Source: Bacilli bacterium
GTDB taxonomy: Bacteria; Bacillota_I; Bacilli_A; ML615J-28; CAG-698
Assembly (NCBI GenBank): GCA_016296945.1
Contig: JAEDHQ010000001.1
Span: forward strand, 1 to 61,148
Direction: 5' to 3'
Length of the DNA: 61,148 nucleotides
In this document: one piece after another, positions 19,505 to 29,518 of the stretch
Position numbering within the stretch: position 1 is the stretch's first letter
How the letters are laid out: every line of letters starts with the position of its first letter
Position numbers and translations under genes: made by a program
The notes under the pieces: generated by a model
The model's input: the letters and a program-made list of their open reading frames with translations, nothing else
Databases searched by the model: none
Told to the model about the DNA's origin: nothing

Positions 19505-20821
19505 ATGTTAGTAGTTGCAAAATTTGGTGGTTCTTCTGTTGCCAATTCCACACAATTTAAGAAAGTTAAAGAGATTGTTTTATCTAATGATTTAGAAAAC
19601 TATCGTAATGCAGTAGTTGTTTCTGCTTTAGGAAAAAAGGAAAAAGGTGATAGTAAAATAACCGATTTACTATATTTATTACACGCTCATTTAAAATATA
19701 ATGTTCCTTATGATAATATCTATGAAATGATTAAAACTCGTTTTAATAAAGTAAAGGAAGATTTAGAACTAAATATTGATTTAGAAAAAGAATTTGCGGA
19801 ATTAGAAAAATCTTTATCAAAAGATATTAAGGAAGATTACCTAGTTAGCCGTGGGGAATATATTACATCAAAAATGATGGCTGAATACTTAGGCTATGGT
19901 TTTGTTGATGCAGCTGATGTCATAAAATTTAACTATGATGGAACTATTAACTACGAATTAACATACGATTTAATTGAAAAATCTTATATTGAACAAGGTA
20001 AAATTGTAATTCCTGGTTTTTACGGAGCTTACCCTAATGGAACAATCAAAACTTTTTCGCGCGGTGGTTCTGATATAACAGGTGCAATTGTTGCGGCGGC
20101 GTTAAAAGCATCATTTTATGAAAATTGGACAGATGTTTCTGGAATTCTAATGACTGATCCTAAAATCATAAAAGACGCTAAAACAATTAAAGAAATTACT
20201 TATGCCGAATTAAGAGAATTATCATATATGGGAGCAAGTGTTTTACATGAACATACAGTCTTTCCTGTTCAAAGAGCACATATTCCTATTAAAATCTTAA
20301 ATACAAATCGTCCTTTAGATTTAGGGACAATAATTACTGAAGATTGCAATGATTTTAGTCAAATCATTACTGGAATTGCTGGTAAAAAATTATTCACTTC
20401 GTTTACAATCACAAAGAAACAAGAAGTTAATAAATTACTTGTCATCAAATCTGCTTTAGATGTTTTTTCTAGATTTAATATAAATGTGGAGCATATACCA
20501 AGTAGTATTGATAGTTTCTCTGTTGTTGTTCCCTCTTCTGATGTTGCTAATAATTTATATGATGTTGTTACTGCCTTAAAGAATAATCCTGATATCCAAG
20601 AAGTACATATTGATGATGATATTGCCTTAATTGCTGTTGTTGGCCGAAATATGGTTGATAAACCTGGTATATCTGGAAGAATCTTTGGTATTGTTGGTAA
20701 TAATAATATTAATATTAAAATGATAGCTCAAGGTTCTCATGAATTAAATATTATTGTCGGCGTTTCTAACAAGGATTTTGAAAAAACGATAAAAGTAATC
20801 TATGATAATTTGATTAAATAA
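19505..20821 (+). CDS. lysC: Aspartate kinase
   Basis: N-terminal VAKFGGSSV (KFGG-S/T-SV). 438 aa with C-terminal ACT-like regulatory region. A promoter (TTGTTT-17-TATAAT) sits at about 19443-19472. The leader is only about 45 nt, so there is no L-box. Confidence 0.75.
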   Translation: MLVVAKFGGSSVANSTQFKKVKEIVLSNDLENYRNAVVVSALGKKEKGDSKITDLLYLLHAHLKYNVPYDNIYEMIKTRFNKVKEDLELNIDLEKEFAELEKSLSKDIKEDYLVSRGEYITSKMMAEYLGYGFVDAADVIKFNYDGTINYELTYDLIEKSYIEQGKIVIPGFYGAYPNGTIKTFSRGGSDITGAIVAAALKASFYENWTDVSGILMTDPKIIKDAKTIKEITYAELRELSYMGASVLHEHTVFPVQRAHIPIKILNTNRPLDLGTIITEDCNDFSQIITGIAGKKLFTSFTITKKQEVNKLLVIKSALDVFSRFNINVEHIPSSIDSFSVVVPSSDVANNLYDVVTALKNNPDIQEVHIDDDIALIAVVGRNMVDKPGISGRIFGIVGNNNINIKMIAQGSHELNIIVGVSNKDFEKTIKVIYDNLIK

Positions 20822-20823
20822 AA

Positions 20824-20860
20824 TAAACCGCTTAAGATTAAGTTCTTAAACGGTTTTTTA
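20824..20860 (+). terminator. Rho-independent terminator
   Basis: aaaccgcttaag...cttaaacggtttttt. Confidence 0.5.
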
Positions 20861-20896
20861 TATATCTTACTATTTATAATCTTTATATTCTCTTAT

Positions 20897-22225
20897 TTAA
20901 TAATCGTATTTCTTTCTTTTAATAGTAAGAAATGTGATTGCAAGGCTTGCTGCTACTGCTTCCGCAACTACTATTGAATACCAAATTCCATTTACTTTAA
21001 AAATTAAAGGTAAGATTATTACAGCTCCTATTTGAATAACTAAAGTTCGTAAAAAGGATATGATTGCGGAAGTAATGCCATCATTTAAAGCTGTGAAAAA
21101 TCCTGATGAAAAGATTGCAATTCCTGAAAAAATAAAACACAACGATGATATCTGTAAGGCTTTCTTAGTAATTTCTAAGAGTTCTAAATTATATCCAACG
21201 AATATTTTGCTTAAAGGAGCTGCAAGACTTTCTGCTAAAATAGCCATAACTATTGAAGTAAAAAGTACTAGTTTTATGCTCATTTTGAAAATTTTTTTTA
21301 ACTCAATAGTGTTTTGTGCTCCGAAATTATAGCCAATAATTGGTGAAACACCACTAGTATAACCTATAAATATTGCTACAAAGATAAAAGACACATACAT
21401 ATATGTTCCATAAGCTGCCACACCATAGTTTCCTATATATTTCATTAATTGATAATTGTAAAGCATTCCGACAAGAGACATTGAGATATTAGAAATAAAT
21501 TCTGAACTACCATTTACACATGTTTTGCCAATATCTTTTAAGTAAATTTTTGTTTTTCCAAGTTTAATATTATTTTTACGATTAAATATAAAGTATAATA
21601 AAGGTATTATTCCTCCTAATACTTGTGAAAAACCTGTTGCACAAGCGGCACCAACGATTCCCCACTTAAATATCGCAATAAAGAATAAATCTAAAATAAT
21701 ATTCGTAATTCCCGATATTAATGTTATTATTAATCCAACATGCGGCTTTTCCGCAGTAATTAAAAAACTTTGAAATGTAAATTGTAGTAATAAAAATGGT
21801 AACGTAAACATTAAGATTTGTCCATATATTACACAAGGATTAACCATATCTTGATCTGCCCCTAACAGAATTGCAATCCTTTCCATATTAAAAAAGCCAA
21901 TTATAGCTAATATGATTCCTAACCCAATTATCATATATACCAATAATGAAAAAACTTCATTTGCTTTTCGATAATCTTTTTCTCCTAATGTTTTCGAAAC
22001 CAAAGCGCTTCCTCCAGTTCCTACTAAAAATCCAAAAGACCCAAGAATAGAAATAAATGGAAAGATAAAATTCACCGAAGCGAATTCTATTTCACCAACA
22101 AAGTTGGAAATAAAGAATCCATCAACTACTCCATAAATTGAAATAAAAACCATCATTATTATTGATGGAATCGTAAATCTTATTAATTTATTTATTGTGA
22201 AGCTATCTGATAATTTAATATCCAT
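20897..22225 (-). CDS. MATE-family efflux transporter (second paralog in the window)
   Basis: 442 aa. 12-TM MATE topology. Confidence 0.72.
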   Translation of the reverse strand: MDIKLSDSFTINKLIRFTIPSIIMMVFISIYGVVDGFFISNFVGEIEFASVNFIFPFISILGSFGFLVGTGGSALVSKTLGEKDYRKANEVFSLLVYMIIGLGIILAIIGFFNMERIAILLGADQDMVNPCVIYGQILMFTLPFLLLQFTFQSFLITAEKPHVGLIITLISGITNIILDLFFIAIFKWGIVGAACATGFSQVLGGIIPLLYFIFNRKNNIKLGKTKIYLKDIGKTCVNGSSEFISNISMSLVGMLYNYQLMKYIGNYGVAAYGTYMYVSFIFVAIFIGYTSGVSPIIGYNFGAQNTIELKKIFKMSIKLVLFTSIVMAILAESLAAPLSKIFVGYNLELLEITKKALQISSLCFIFSGIAIFSSGFFTALNDGITSAIISFLRTLVIQIGAVIILPLIFKVNGIWYSIVVAEAVAASLAITFLTIKRKKYDY

Positions 22226-22375
22226 TTCATATCTCCTTGATTAAATATTTTTGATAAAAAATTAGGCAAAGTCAACATTTGCCTAATCTTTTTTTCTAAA
22301 TATAACCTTTATTGACCATAATATGATTATACCATAACAAATAACAGATTGCAATTATTCAAAATTTTCATTATT

Positions 22376-24166
22376 CTACTCAAATTGTGAATGATATAAA
22401 GAATAATAAAATCCTTCTTTATCTAGTAATTCTTGATGCGTTCCTGTCTCTAAGATCTTTCCATCTTTCATTACTAGGATTTTATCAGCATTTTTAATTG
22501 TTGATAAACGATGAGCAATAATAAAGCAAGTTTTATTATTTGATAATTCTTTCATTGCTTCTTGTATCAAGATTTCACTTCTTGTATCAACATTAGATGT
22601 CGCTTCATCTAATATTAGCATATCACAGTCCAATAACATTGCTCTAGCGATTGTTAATAATTGTTTTTGCCCTTTGGAGATATTTACTCCTCCTTCAGAT
22701 AGCACTGTATTATAACCTTGTGGCAAACGGTTAATAAAACCATCAACTCTAGCTAGTTTACAGACTCTTTTTACATCTTCTAATGTGACATTTTTAGCTC
22801 CATAAGCAATATTGTTATAGACAGTATCTTCAAAAAGCCATGTGTCTTGTAATACCATTGAATAGCTTTGTCTTAAACTTTTGCGTTTAATATTAATAAT
22901 ATTTGTATCATTTAAACTGATACTTCCAGAATCTAAATCATAAAAGCGCATTAATAGATTGACGATTGTTGTCTTCCCACAACCGGTTGGTCCCACTAAT
23001 GCCACAATTTCTCCTTTTTTAGCTTCAAATGAGATTCCTTTAATAATCTTTCTTTTTGTATTATAACCAAATTCCACATTATCCAATTTCACATCACCAA
23101 CATCTTGATATTTTTCTTGAATATTAATCGCATTTTTACTATCTGCTGGTTCTTTTTTCGCATCTATTAGATTAAATACACGTTCAGCAGCAGCCATTGC
23201 TGATTGCAATTCAATAAATATATTTGCTGTTTCATTTATTGGTCCGGAGAATTTCTTGGAATAAAGAATAAATGATTGAATATCTCCTAAAGAAAGTCCG
23301 TAATAGAAATTCAATAAGACGCCAAATAAGCAAATTAATGAAAACGACAAGTTGTTTACAAAGTTTACACCTGGTCCTGTAATTCCCCCATGAATTTCTG
23401 CTTCCATACTTGCTTTGGTTGCATTTCTATTAACTTCATCAAATCGATTGATAATATCATTTTTACGACTATAGGCATGAATTGTTGGCAAGCTAGAGAA
23501 TGCTTCTTCCACATTCGCATTAAGTTCCCCGAGCTTTTGACTTCGATTTCTAAACATTGGCCGAGTTTTTTTAACCATAAAGCGTGTAAATAATAAAGCA
23601 ATTGGTATTGTAATCACAAATACTAAGACTAAAACAGGTGAAATAATAATCATCATTATAAGAGATGTAATTACTGTTACAACACTTGTACAAATATTAA
23701 TCAAATCAGTTGATAAAGAAACATTGACAGTATCAATATCATAACTAATTTTACTAATAATATCACCAATCTTATTAGTATCAAAATAAGATATTGGTAG
23801 TTTCATTAATGAATCGAAGGAATCTCTTCGCATTTTTAACACTATCTTTTTACTTGTATTAACCATAACGATGGAAATTAGATAAGATAAAGATGAAGAA
23901 ACAATATAAAATAGTATCATTAATGCACCAAAAAAATAAACATTTTTAAAGTTTACATTATTAACTCCGACTATTTGGTCGATACAATAGCCTGTTAATA
24001 ATGGTCCTACTAACGCTAGTAAATTAGAAACTACTGTTAAGATTATTGCAAGAATAAAAACCCATTTATAAAACATTAAATAGTCCCATAATCTTTTTAT
24101 AGTATACAATCTGTTTTGAGGTTTACCATTATTACCAGTTACCCCTCTTTTTTGACTAAGATTCAT
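22376..24166 (-). CDS. ABC exporter, fused permease-ATPase (heterodimer partner 2, YheH/BmrD-like)
   Basis: 6-TM domain followed by an NBD with Walker A GPTGCGKTT, signature ISKGQKQ, Walker B LILDEATS. Confidence 0.9.
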   Translation of the reverse strand: MNLSQKRGVTGNNGKPQNRLYTIKRLWDYLMFYKWVFILAIILTVVSNLLALVGPLLTGYCIDQIVGVNNVNFKNVYFFGALMILFYIVSSSLSYLISIVMVNTSKKIVLKMRRDSFDSLMKLPISYFDTNKIGDIISKISYDIDTVNVSLSTDLINICTSVVTVITSLIMMIIISPVLVLVFVITIPIALLFTRFMVKKTRPMFRNRSQKLGELNANVEEAFSSLPTIHAYSRKNDIINRFDEVNRNATKASMEAEIHGGITGPGVNFVNNLSFSLICLFGVLLNFYYGLSLGDIQSFILYSKKFSGPINETANIFIELQSAMAAAERVFNLIDAKKEPADSKNAINIQEKYQDVGDVKLDNVEFGYNTKRKIIKGISFEAKKGEIVALVGPTGCGKTTIVNLLMRFYDLDSGSISLNDTNIINIKRKSLRQSYSMVLQDTWLFEDTVYNNIAYGAKNVTLEDVKRVCKLARVDGFINRLPQGYNTVLSEGGVNISKGQKQLLTIARAMLLDCDMLILDEATSNVDTRSEILIQEAMKELSNNKTCFIIAHRLSTIKNADKILVMKDGKILETGTHQELLDKEGFYYSLYHSQFE

Positions 24167-25896
24167 TAATGTTCACCTCCTTTATTAGAGGTTTCATCCA
24201 CTTGTAAAGAATAAATATTATGATATACTTCACAATTGTCTAATAATTCTTGATGCTTACCAAAACCTACTACTTTTCCTTCATCAATTACTAAAATCCA
24301 ATCACAATTCATTAAGGAAGTAACGCGACTTGAAACTAAAAAAGTAACCGAATTAGGAAAGACGCTGGCAATATTCTTTCTGATAGTAGCATCTGTTTTA
24401 TAATCTAAGGCACTGGATGCGTCATCTAAAATGAAGATATCTGGTTTAGCATACAAAGCACGTGATAATAAAATCCGTTGTTTTTGACCACCACTTAAAT
24501 TTGTTCCTCGTGATGATAACATACTTTGATAACCTTGAGGCATTTTTTCAATAAACTCACTTGCACATGCTAATGTAGCACATTCTTTTATTCTTTCTAG
24601 ATCGACTTCTTTTCCAAATGCGATATTTTCTATAACTGTATCAGACATTATTGTATCATTTTGTAAAACAACACCAATTCGATTTCGATATTCCTCAATG
24701 TCTAAACTCTTAATATTTCTACCTTCAATAAGTATTTCACCACTATCAACGTCATAAAAACGCAACAATAAGCGAATAATTGTACTTTTACCAGCACCTG
24801 TTGGTCCAATAATCCCGATTCTTTCACCTTTTTTCAACTTAAAATTAATATCTTTTAAAAACATTGAATTATCTTCTTTTTTTAGATAAGAAAATCCTAC
24901 ATTATTAAACTCAATAAAATACTTTGTATCATTATTATCAATATTTTCATCTCTTAAAAGTTCTTTCGGTAAATGTAAAATCATTTTAATTCTTCTTGCC
25001 GATGCCACTGCTTTCGAATGAGTAATAAAAATTCGTCCTAAAGTAACCATTGCATTAAGAATGATTGTGAAATAAGAAGTAAATGCAATAATGGTTCCTA
25101 CTTTTATTTCACCATTATTAACTCGATATGCTCCAAAAAAGATGACAATTACTAAACCTATATTTAATATTGCGTTAATTAAAGGATTAGTTAAGGCCAT
25201 ATTAATTCCGGCTTTCTTTTCCCGTTCATATAATGTTTCTGTTACAATATTAAATCTTTTTTGTTCATATTCTTCTTTTGATAAGGCCTTTATTACTCTA
25301 ATTCCAGTAATGTTTTCTCTGATTACTCTTACCATATCATCGTTAGAAGTTTGCACATCACTATAAATCTTTATTCCTCGTTTTGAAACAATCACAATTA
25401 CTACTACTATTACAGGTAATGTTGCTAATAATACTAATGTTAATGGGGCATCAAGCGTAAATGTAATAAAAATCCCTCCTATTAAAAGAATCGGAGCGCG
25501 TGTTCCAATTCGTTGAATCATAGTTAACATTTGATGCACATAATAAGTATCATTAGTCATCCTTGAAATCAGTGTGGGAATCGTTAATTTATCGACTTGA
25601 GATAATGATAAATCATTTATTTTTTTAAACAAATCATGTCTTAATGTTGTTGTAACTAAACGGGATACAATTGCGGCCATAGTATTAGCAATAATGTTTC
25701 CAAATAAGCCAACAAAAGCACATAAAATCATTACTAAACCTAACATTACCATTGTCTTTGGATCATCAACATCATTGATAATATACGCTAATATCCAAGG
25801 CATAATTAAGTCAACAATTGTCCCTATAATTTTAATTATCATTCCTATTGTTATTCTTAATGTATAAGGCTTGACATATTTTAAAACTTCATCCAT
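24166..25896 (-). CDS. ABC exporter, fused permease-ATPase (heterodimer partner 1, YheI/BmrC-like)
   Basis: Walker A GPTGAGKST, signature LSGGQKQR, Walker B FILDDASSALD. Its stop overlaps the partner's start (ATGA at 24166). Confidence 0.9.
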   Translation of the reverse strand: MDEVLKYVKPYTLRITIGMIIKIIGTIVDLIMPWILAYIINDVDDPKTMVMLGLVMILCAFVGLFGNIIANTMAAIVSRLVTTTLRHDLFKKINDLSLSQVDKLTIPTLISRMTNDTYYVHQMLTMIQRIGTRAPILLIGGIFITFTLDAPLTLVLLATLPVIVVVIVIVSKRGIKIYSDVQTSNDDMVRVIRENITGIRVIKALSKEEYEQKRFNIVTETLYEREKKAGINMALTNPLINAILNIGLVIVIFFGAYRVNNGEIKVGTIIAFTSYFTIILNAMVTLGRIFITHSKAVASARRIKMILHLPKELLRDENIDNNDTKYFIEFNNVGFSYLKKEDNSMFLKDINFKLKKGERIGIIGPTGAGKSTIIRLLLRFYDVDSGEILIEGRNIKSLDIEEYRNRIGVVLQNDTIMSDTVIENIAFGKEVDLERIKECATLACASEFIEKMPQGYQSMLSSRGTNLSGGQKQRILLSRALYAKPDIFILDDASSALDYKTDATIRKNIASVFPNSVTFLVSSRVTSLMNCDWILVIDEGKVVGFGKHQELLDNCEVYHNIYSLQVDETSNKGGEH

Positions 25897-26289
25897 TTTA
25901 TACCTTCTTTTTTCACAAAAAAATCTCTTAAAAAAACAAATATATGCCTAAGCCTGAAATTTCAGTTTTTTTGTTTTTGTTTTCGGAACCAATTAAGAAT
26001 TCGAAAAACAAACATAAATTGATTCTAAGGCATTTTTTGAAACAATTTTAAGGTGTTTTTTACTTCTTTAACTTCCTTCTGTTTTTTTAAAGACCTTTTT
26101 CTTATTTTATTATTTATTTGATTATTCAATTTTGAAAATTATTTTTTTATGATTTTTCTTAGATAATTATTGCAAATTCGCTATATCCTTTTTTTAATTA
26201 TTTTTTATATAATTTCTTGATGTGTTTTTTTAATTTTTTATTCTAAAAAAAGCTTAATTTCTTTACTTCTGTTTTCTTAAAAACAAGCA

Positions 26290-26321
26290 AAAAGAAAAGG
26301 TTAAAAATTATCCTTTTCTCT
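26290..26321 (-). terminator. Rho-independent terminator after the DUF4838-like gene
   Basis: Minus strand: gaaaagg-ataattttta-accttttc followed by tttttgcttgttttt. Confidence 0.5.
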
Positions 26322-28073
26322 TTATTTCATTATATAATATAGCGAATACCAGTTAGGGCGTTCTTTTGCATACAAACTATTTTTCATAACTTGAATGGAA
26401 TAATCTAAATTAGTTCTTTCAAATAGTTCTGTTATTCCTAATACTCTTAAATCATCATCAAATTTATCGATTAATTTATTTCTTTCTTTGTTTTCTAATG
26501 GCATTGTAACTAATTCTAAATATCTTAGGCCTATTTCGACAATATTTAAGTGTTTTTTTATTAATTCATTATCATATTTTGCTGCTTCAAGTGCCTTATT
26601 TATGATATTACGTGCTTTTATTATTATTTCACCACTAAATAAATCACTATCAGCATCATCATATAACCATAATGTTTTATTATTGATGGCATCTTCAAAT
26701 AAATATATATATTCTTGAATATACTTTGAAGCATTTCCATAATAATGATCACAAAAATAACTGATAATATCTTCTAATTTTTCATCACTTCGCATCATTT
26801 TGGCTGCGACATAACTCTTTAGTTCATCGAAGTAACCTTTTCCTCCATTTGAAAAGTTCCCTTGCATTAATAAACCCTTAACACCAATGCGCTTATATAA
26901 TTCAATATTTTTTGCCATACTTCTAAAATTTGGAAAAGGAAGTAAATAATTTCGATAATTTACAGCATAATCCCAAATATATAGGCGATTTGTTAGTTTA
27001 CTCCACCCAATTAAATCACTTAGAAAACTTGCATTACGTGATGATTGATCCCTTTTTGCACCTTCTTCAATTGATTCAGCCCATGAACATTCAATGTTTG
27101 TTAAGCGAACTATTACATTTTTATGAACTTTTAAGCCAACAGGAGGCTTTCTTGAATATTGATAAGCAAATGTGTGAATTAAAACATCAGGATATTCTTC
27201 TTCTAAAGCACTTGCAATTCTATTTACAAATCTAATTATTGAAGCACTTTGACTTCCATGAGCTTCATCGAAAGCTTTACAATGTTCACATTCACAAGCC
27301 ATTTTAATAAAATGGCCCATCCATTCATCTTGTGCAACACTAAAAACCTTACAATCTGGATTATCTTTAATCCATTGTTTTACTCGTTTTAAGCATAATT
27401 GAAATACTTCTTCATTTGATAAACATAATTCAGTATGTTCACTAACTCTTTTGCCATCTATATATGAAAAATATTCTGGATGTGTATCAAAGTATTCCTT
27501 TGGATTGATTAAATCCGCAAAAGAATGATGGAAATTATACCATTTTGTTTTTCCACCTAAGCGAACTGATAGATCAGCTAAATTACTATTAAGCATATTC
27601 ATTGATGCATATTTACCATTAAAGGCATCTGTGAAGTAACATTCACGATATTCAAAAGGAAGCTCATAAAAGATATCTTCTTTTACATCAATTTTTGTCA
27701 CGTTATCATAGACAATCATTTCACTATCTAAGGCGCTTAACTTTATAAAACGTTCTAAAAAATAATAAACTGCGTATAAAACGCCTCGTGAAGACTTAGA
27801 AACAAAACATAAATCATCATTATCACGAACAATTGCAAAGCCTTCATCGCTTAAATTAGCAACATATTGATGATAATCTTTACCTCTAACATTTAATCCT
27901 AAATGAATTTCTTTCCCACGACGATCTATTTTTGATGAAAATAAAGGAACAAGACACTTTGTTGATGCATACAGATATTTTTGTAATTCATTAGCCGCAA
28001 AACGTACACACTCAGAAGCATCCATTTCATAACAAATATGATAAGCTGTTTTTTTATTATTTAATATTAGCAT
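26322..28073 (-). CDS. Putative glycoside hydrolase of the DUF4838/GH20-like class. The assignment is weak.
   Basis: 583 aa, no signal peptide. The N-terminal region (VRFAANELQKYL...GFAIVRD...GVLYAVYYFLE) resembles the N-domain of GH20/DUF4838 proteins. No catalytic motif confirmed by eye. Confidence 0.35.
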   Translation of the reverse strand: MLILNNKKTAYHICYEMDASECVRFAANELQKYLYASTKCLVPLFSSKIDRRGKEIHLGLNVRGKDYHQYVANLSDEGFAIVRDNDDLCFVSKSSRGVLYAVYYFLERFIKLSALDSEMIVYDNVTKIDVKEDIFYELPFEYRECYFTDAFNGKYASMNMLNSNLADLSVRLGGKTKWYNFHHSFADLINPKEYFDTHPEYFSYIDGKRVSEHTELCLSNEEVFQLCLKRVKQWIKDNPDCKVFSVAQDEWMGHFIKMACECEHCKAFDEAHGSQSASIIRFVNRIASALEEEYPDVLIHTFAYQYSRKPPVGLKVHKNVIVRLTNIECSWAESIEEGAKRDQSSRNASFLSDLIGWSKLTNRLYIWDYAVNYRNYLLPFPNFRSMAKNIELYKRIGVKGLLMQGNFSNGGKGYFDELKSYVAAKMMRSDEKLEDIISYFCDHYYGNASKYIQEYIYLFEDAINNKTLWLYDDADSDLFSGEIIIKARNIINKALEAAKYDNELIKKHLNIVEIGLRYLELVTMPLENKERNKLIDKFDDDLRVLGITELFERTNLDYSIQVMKNSLYAKERPNWYSLYYIMK

Positions 28074-28080
28074 AACCCAC

Positions 28081-28905
28081 CTAAATTTTATAAATATATT
28101 CTTTTCTTTTTATAAAGTAAATTAATTCATCAAATCCCATTTCTTTAATTACTGCTATATGTTTATCAAAATCTAATCGATATTTACTTGCTTTATGCGC
28201 ATCACTTGATAAAGTTAGTTTTTTACCACCACATTCTTTATATAGTTTTAATAAATATCGTAGGTGATCATCAAATTGATAATTTTTATCATTTTGCAAA
28301 TATATCTCATTAATCACTTTTAACACTTTGGAATTTATTTCTAATGCTTTATTATTTTTAACTAATAATTGTAATATTTTTTTTATTCTTTCTTCATAAT
28401 CACTGAATTTATAGTGATAATCAATCATCACAATAGTTTTAAATGCAAAATCAATATGGGATAAAACATCAAAATTACTAAAAGTATTTAAAGCTTCTTC
28501 TGTAATATCAAAATACTCTTTCATGATTTTCTCAACTCCACTAGCAAATGTTTCTTTAAAGTAGTAATCACCTTTGCCACTATCATGGATACTTAATTGA
28601 ATCAAATCATAATCATATTTATTTGCAATTTCAATCATTTCCTTTAAATAATCTTTTCTGTATCCTAATTCTATTCCTAATAATGGTGTAATATCTGTAA
28701 ATTCTTGCTTTAATTCTTCTTGTGTTGCTATTAATTTATCATAATCTACATCCCAAGTTGTACCATCTACTGTCGTATGAAAATCGTAATGTTCACATGT
28801 TAAGAGATATTTAATTCCTATCCTTTTTGCTTCAAGATAGTAATTTCTTAAATCTTCAGTTGAATCTTTAGAGAAGGAAGAATGCATATGTTGATCATGC
28901 AACAT
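28081..28905 (-). CDS. PHP-domain phosphoesterase (histidinol-phosphatase HisJ/YwqE-like family)
   Basis: N-terminal MLHDQHMHSSFSKDS (HxH...D metal-binding start of PHP domains). 274 aa. Confidence 0.55.
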   Translation of the reverse strand: MLHDQHMHSSFSKDSTEDLRNYYLEAKRIGIKYLLTCEHYDFHTTVDGTTWDVDYDKLIATQEELKQEFTDITPLLGIELGYRKDYLKEMIEIANKYDYDLIQLSIHDSGKGDYYFKETFASGVEKIMKEYFDITEEALNTFSNFDVLSHIDFAFKTIVMIDYHYKFSDYEERIKKILQLLVKNNKALEINSKVLKVINEIYLQNDKNYQFDDHLRYLLKLYKECGGKKLTLSSDAHKASKYRLDFDKHIAVIKEMGFDELIYFIKRKEYIYKI

Positions 28906-28914
28906 AATTTATAC

Positions 28915-29433
28915 CTAAATTCTTTCAATAGTTTTAATTTTAATAATTGGATATGGAAAATCTGCAAACATATTGCTTATAAATTCTGTACGAGCTTGAT
29001 TTAATTCTTCTAATACCTTATATGATTCTTCACCTACTACTTTACCAAAAGCAGCATATTCTCCATTTAAATGTGGGGCATCAGCTGTACAAATAAAGAA
29101 TTGAGAAGATGCAGAATCCTTAATACTTGTTCTTGCCATTGAAACAACTCCTAAAGTATGTTTCAAATCATTTTTAACACCATTACTTTGAAATTCACCC
29201 TTAATTGAAGCAGTTTCATCTGCTTCATATAATTCATCGCCGTCTAATTTATAACCACCTGTTTGCACCATAAAATCACGAATTATACGGTGAAAGATTA
29301 CTCCATCATAATATTTTGCATCTACTAAATTTAAAAAGTTTGAAGCACTTATTGGAGCAATATCTTCATATACTTCAATATCTAAATGTTTTCCATTTTC
29401 TAAGATTAATCTTACTTTATTCATATAATACAC
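28915..29433 (-). CDS. ppiB: Cyclophilin-type peptidyl-prolyl cis-trans isomerase
   Basis: FHRIIRDFMVQTGG and WLNGEYAAFGKVV motifs. 172 aa. Confidence 0.9.
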   Translation of the reverse strand: MYYMNKVRLILENGKHLDIEVYEDIAPISASNFLNLVDAKYYDGVIFHRIIRDFMVQTGGYKLDGDELYEADETASIKGEFQSNGVKNDLKHTLGVVSMARTSIKDSASSQFFICTADAPHLNGEYAAFGKVVGEESYKVLEELNQARTEFISNMFADFPYPIIKIKTIERI

Positions 29434-29518
29434 CTCTTCTTATCTTTTAAATTATATCAAATATTAACGCTAAAAGCAACATAAAACTCATACCAAAAGG
29501 TATGAGTCTCTATTTTTA

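Noticed and set aside
25897-26321. Riboswitch in the long ABC-exporter leader
   Set aside because: No match to any riboswitch consensus I can recall. Only a low-confidence leader-peptide attenuation hypothesis is retained.
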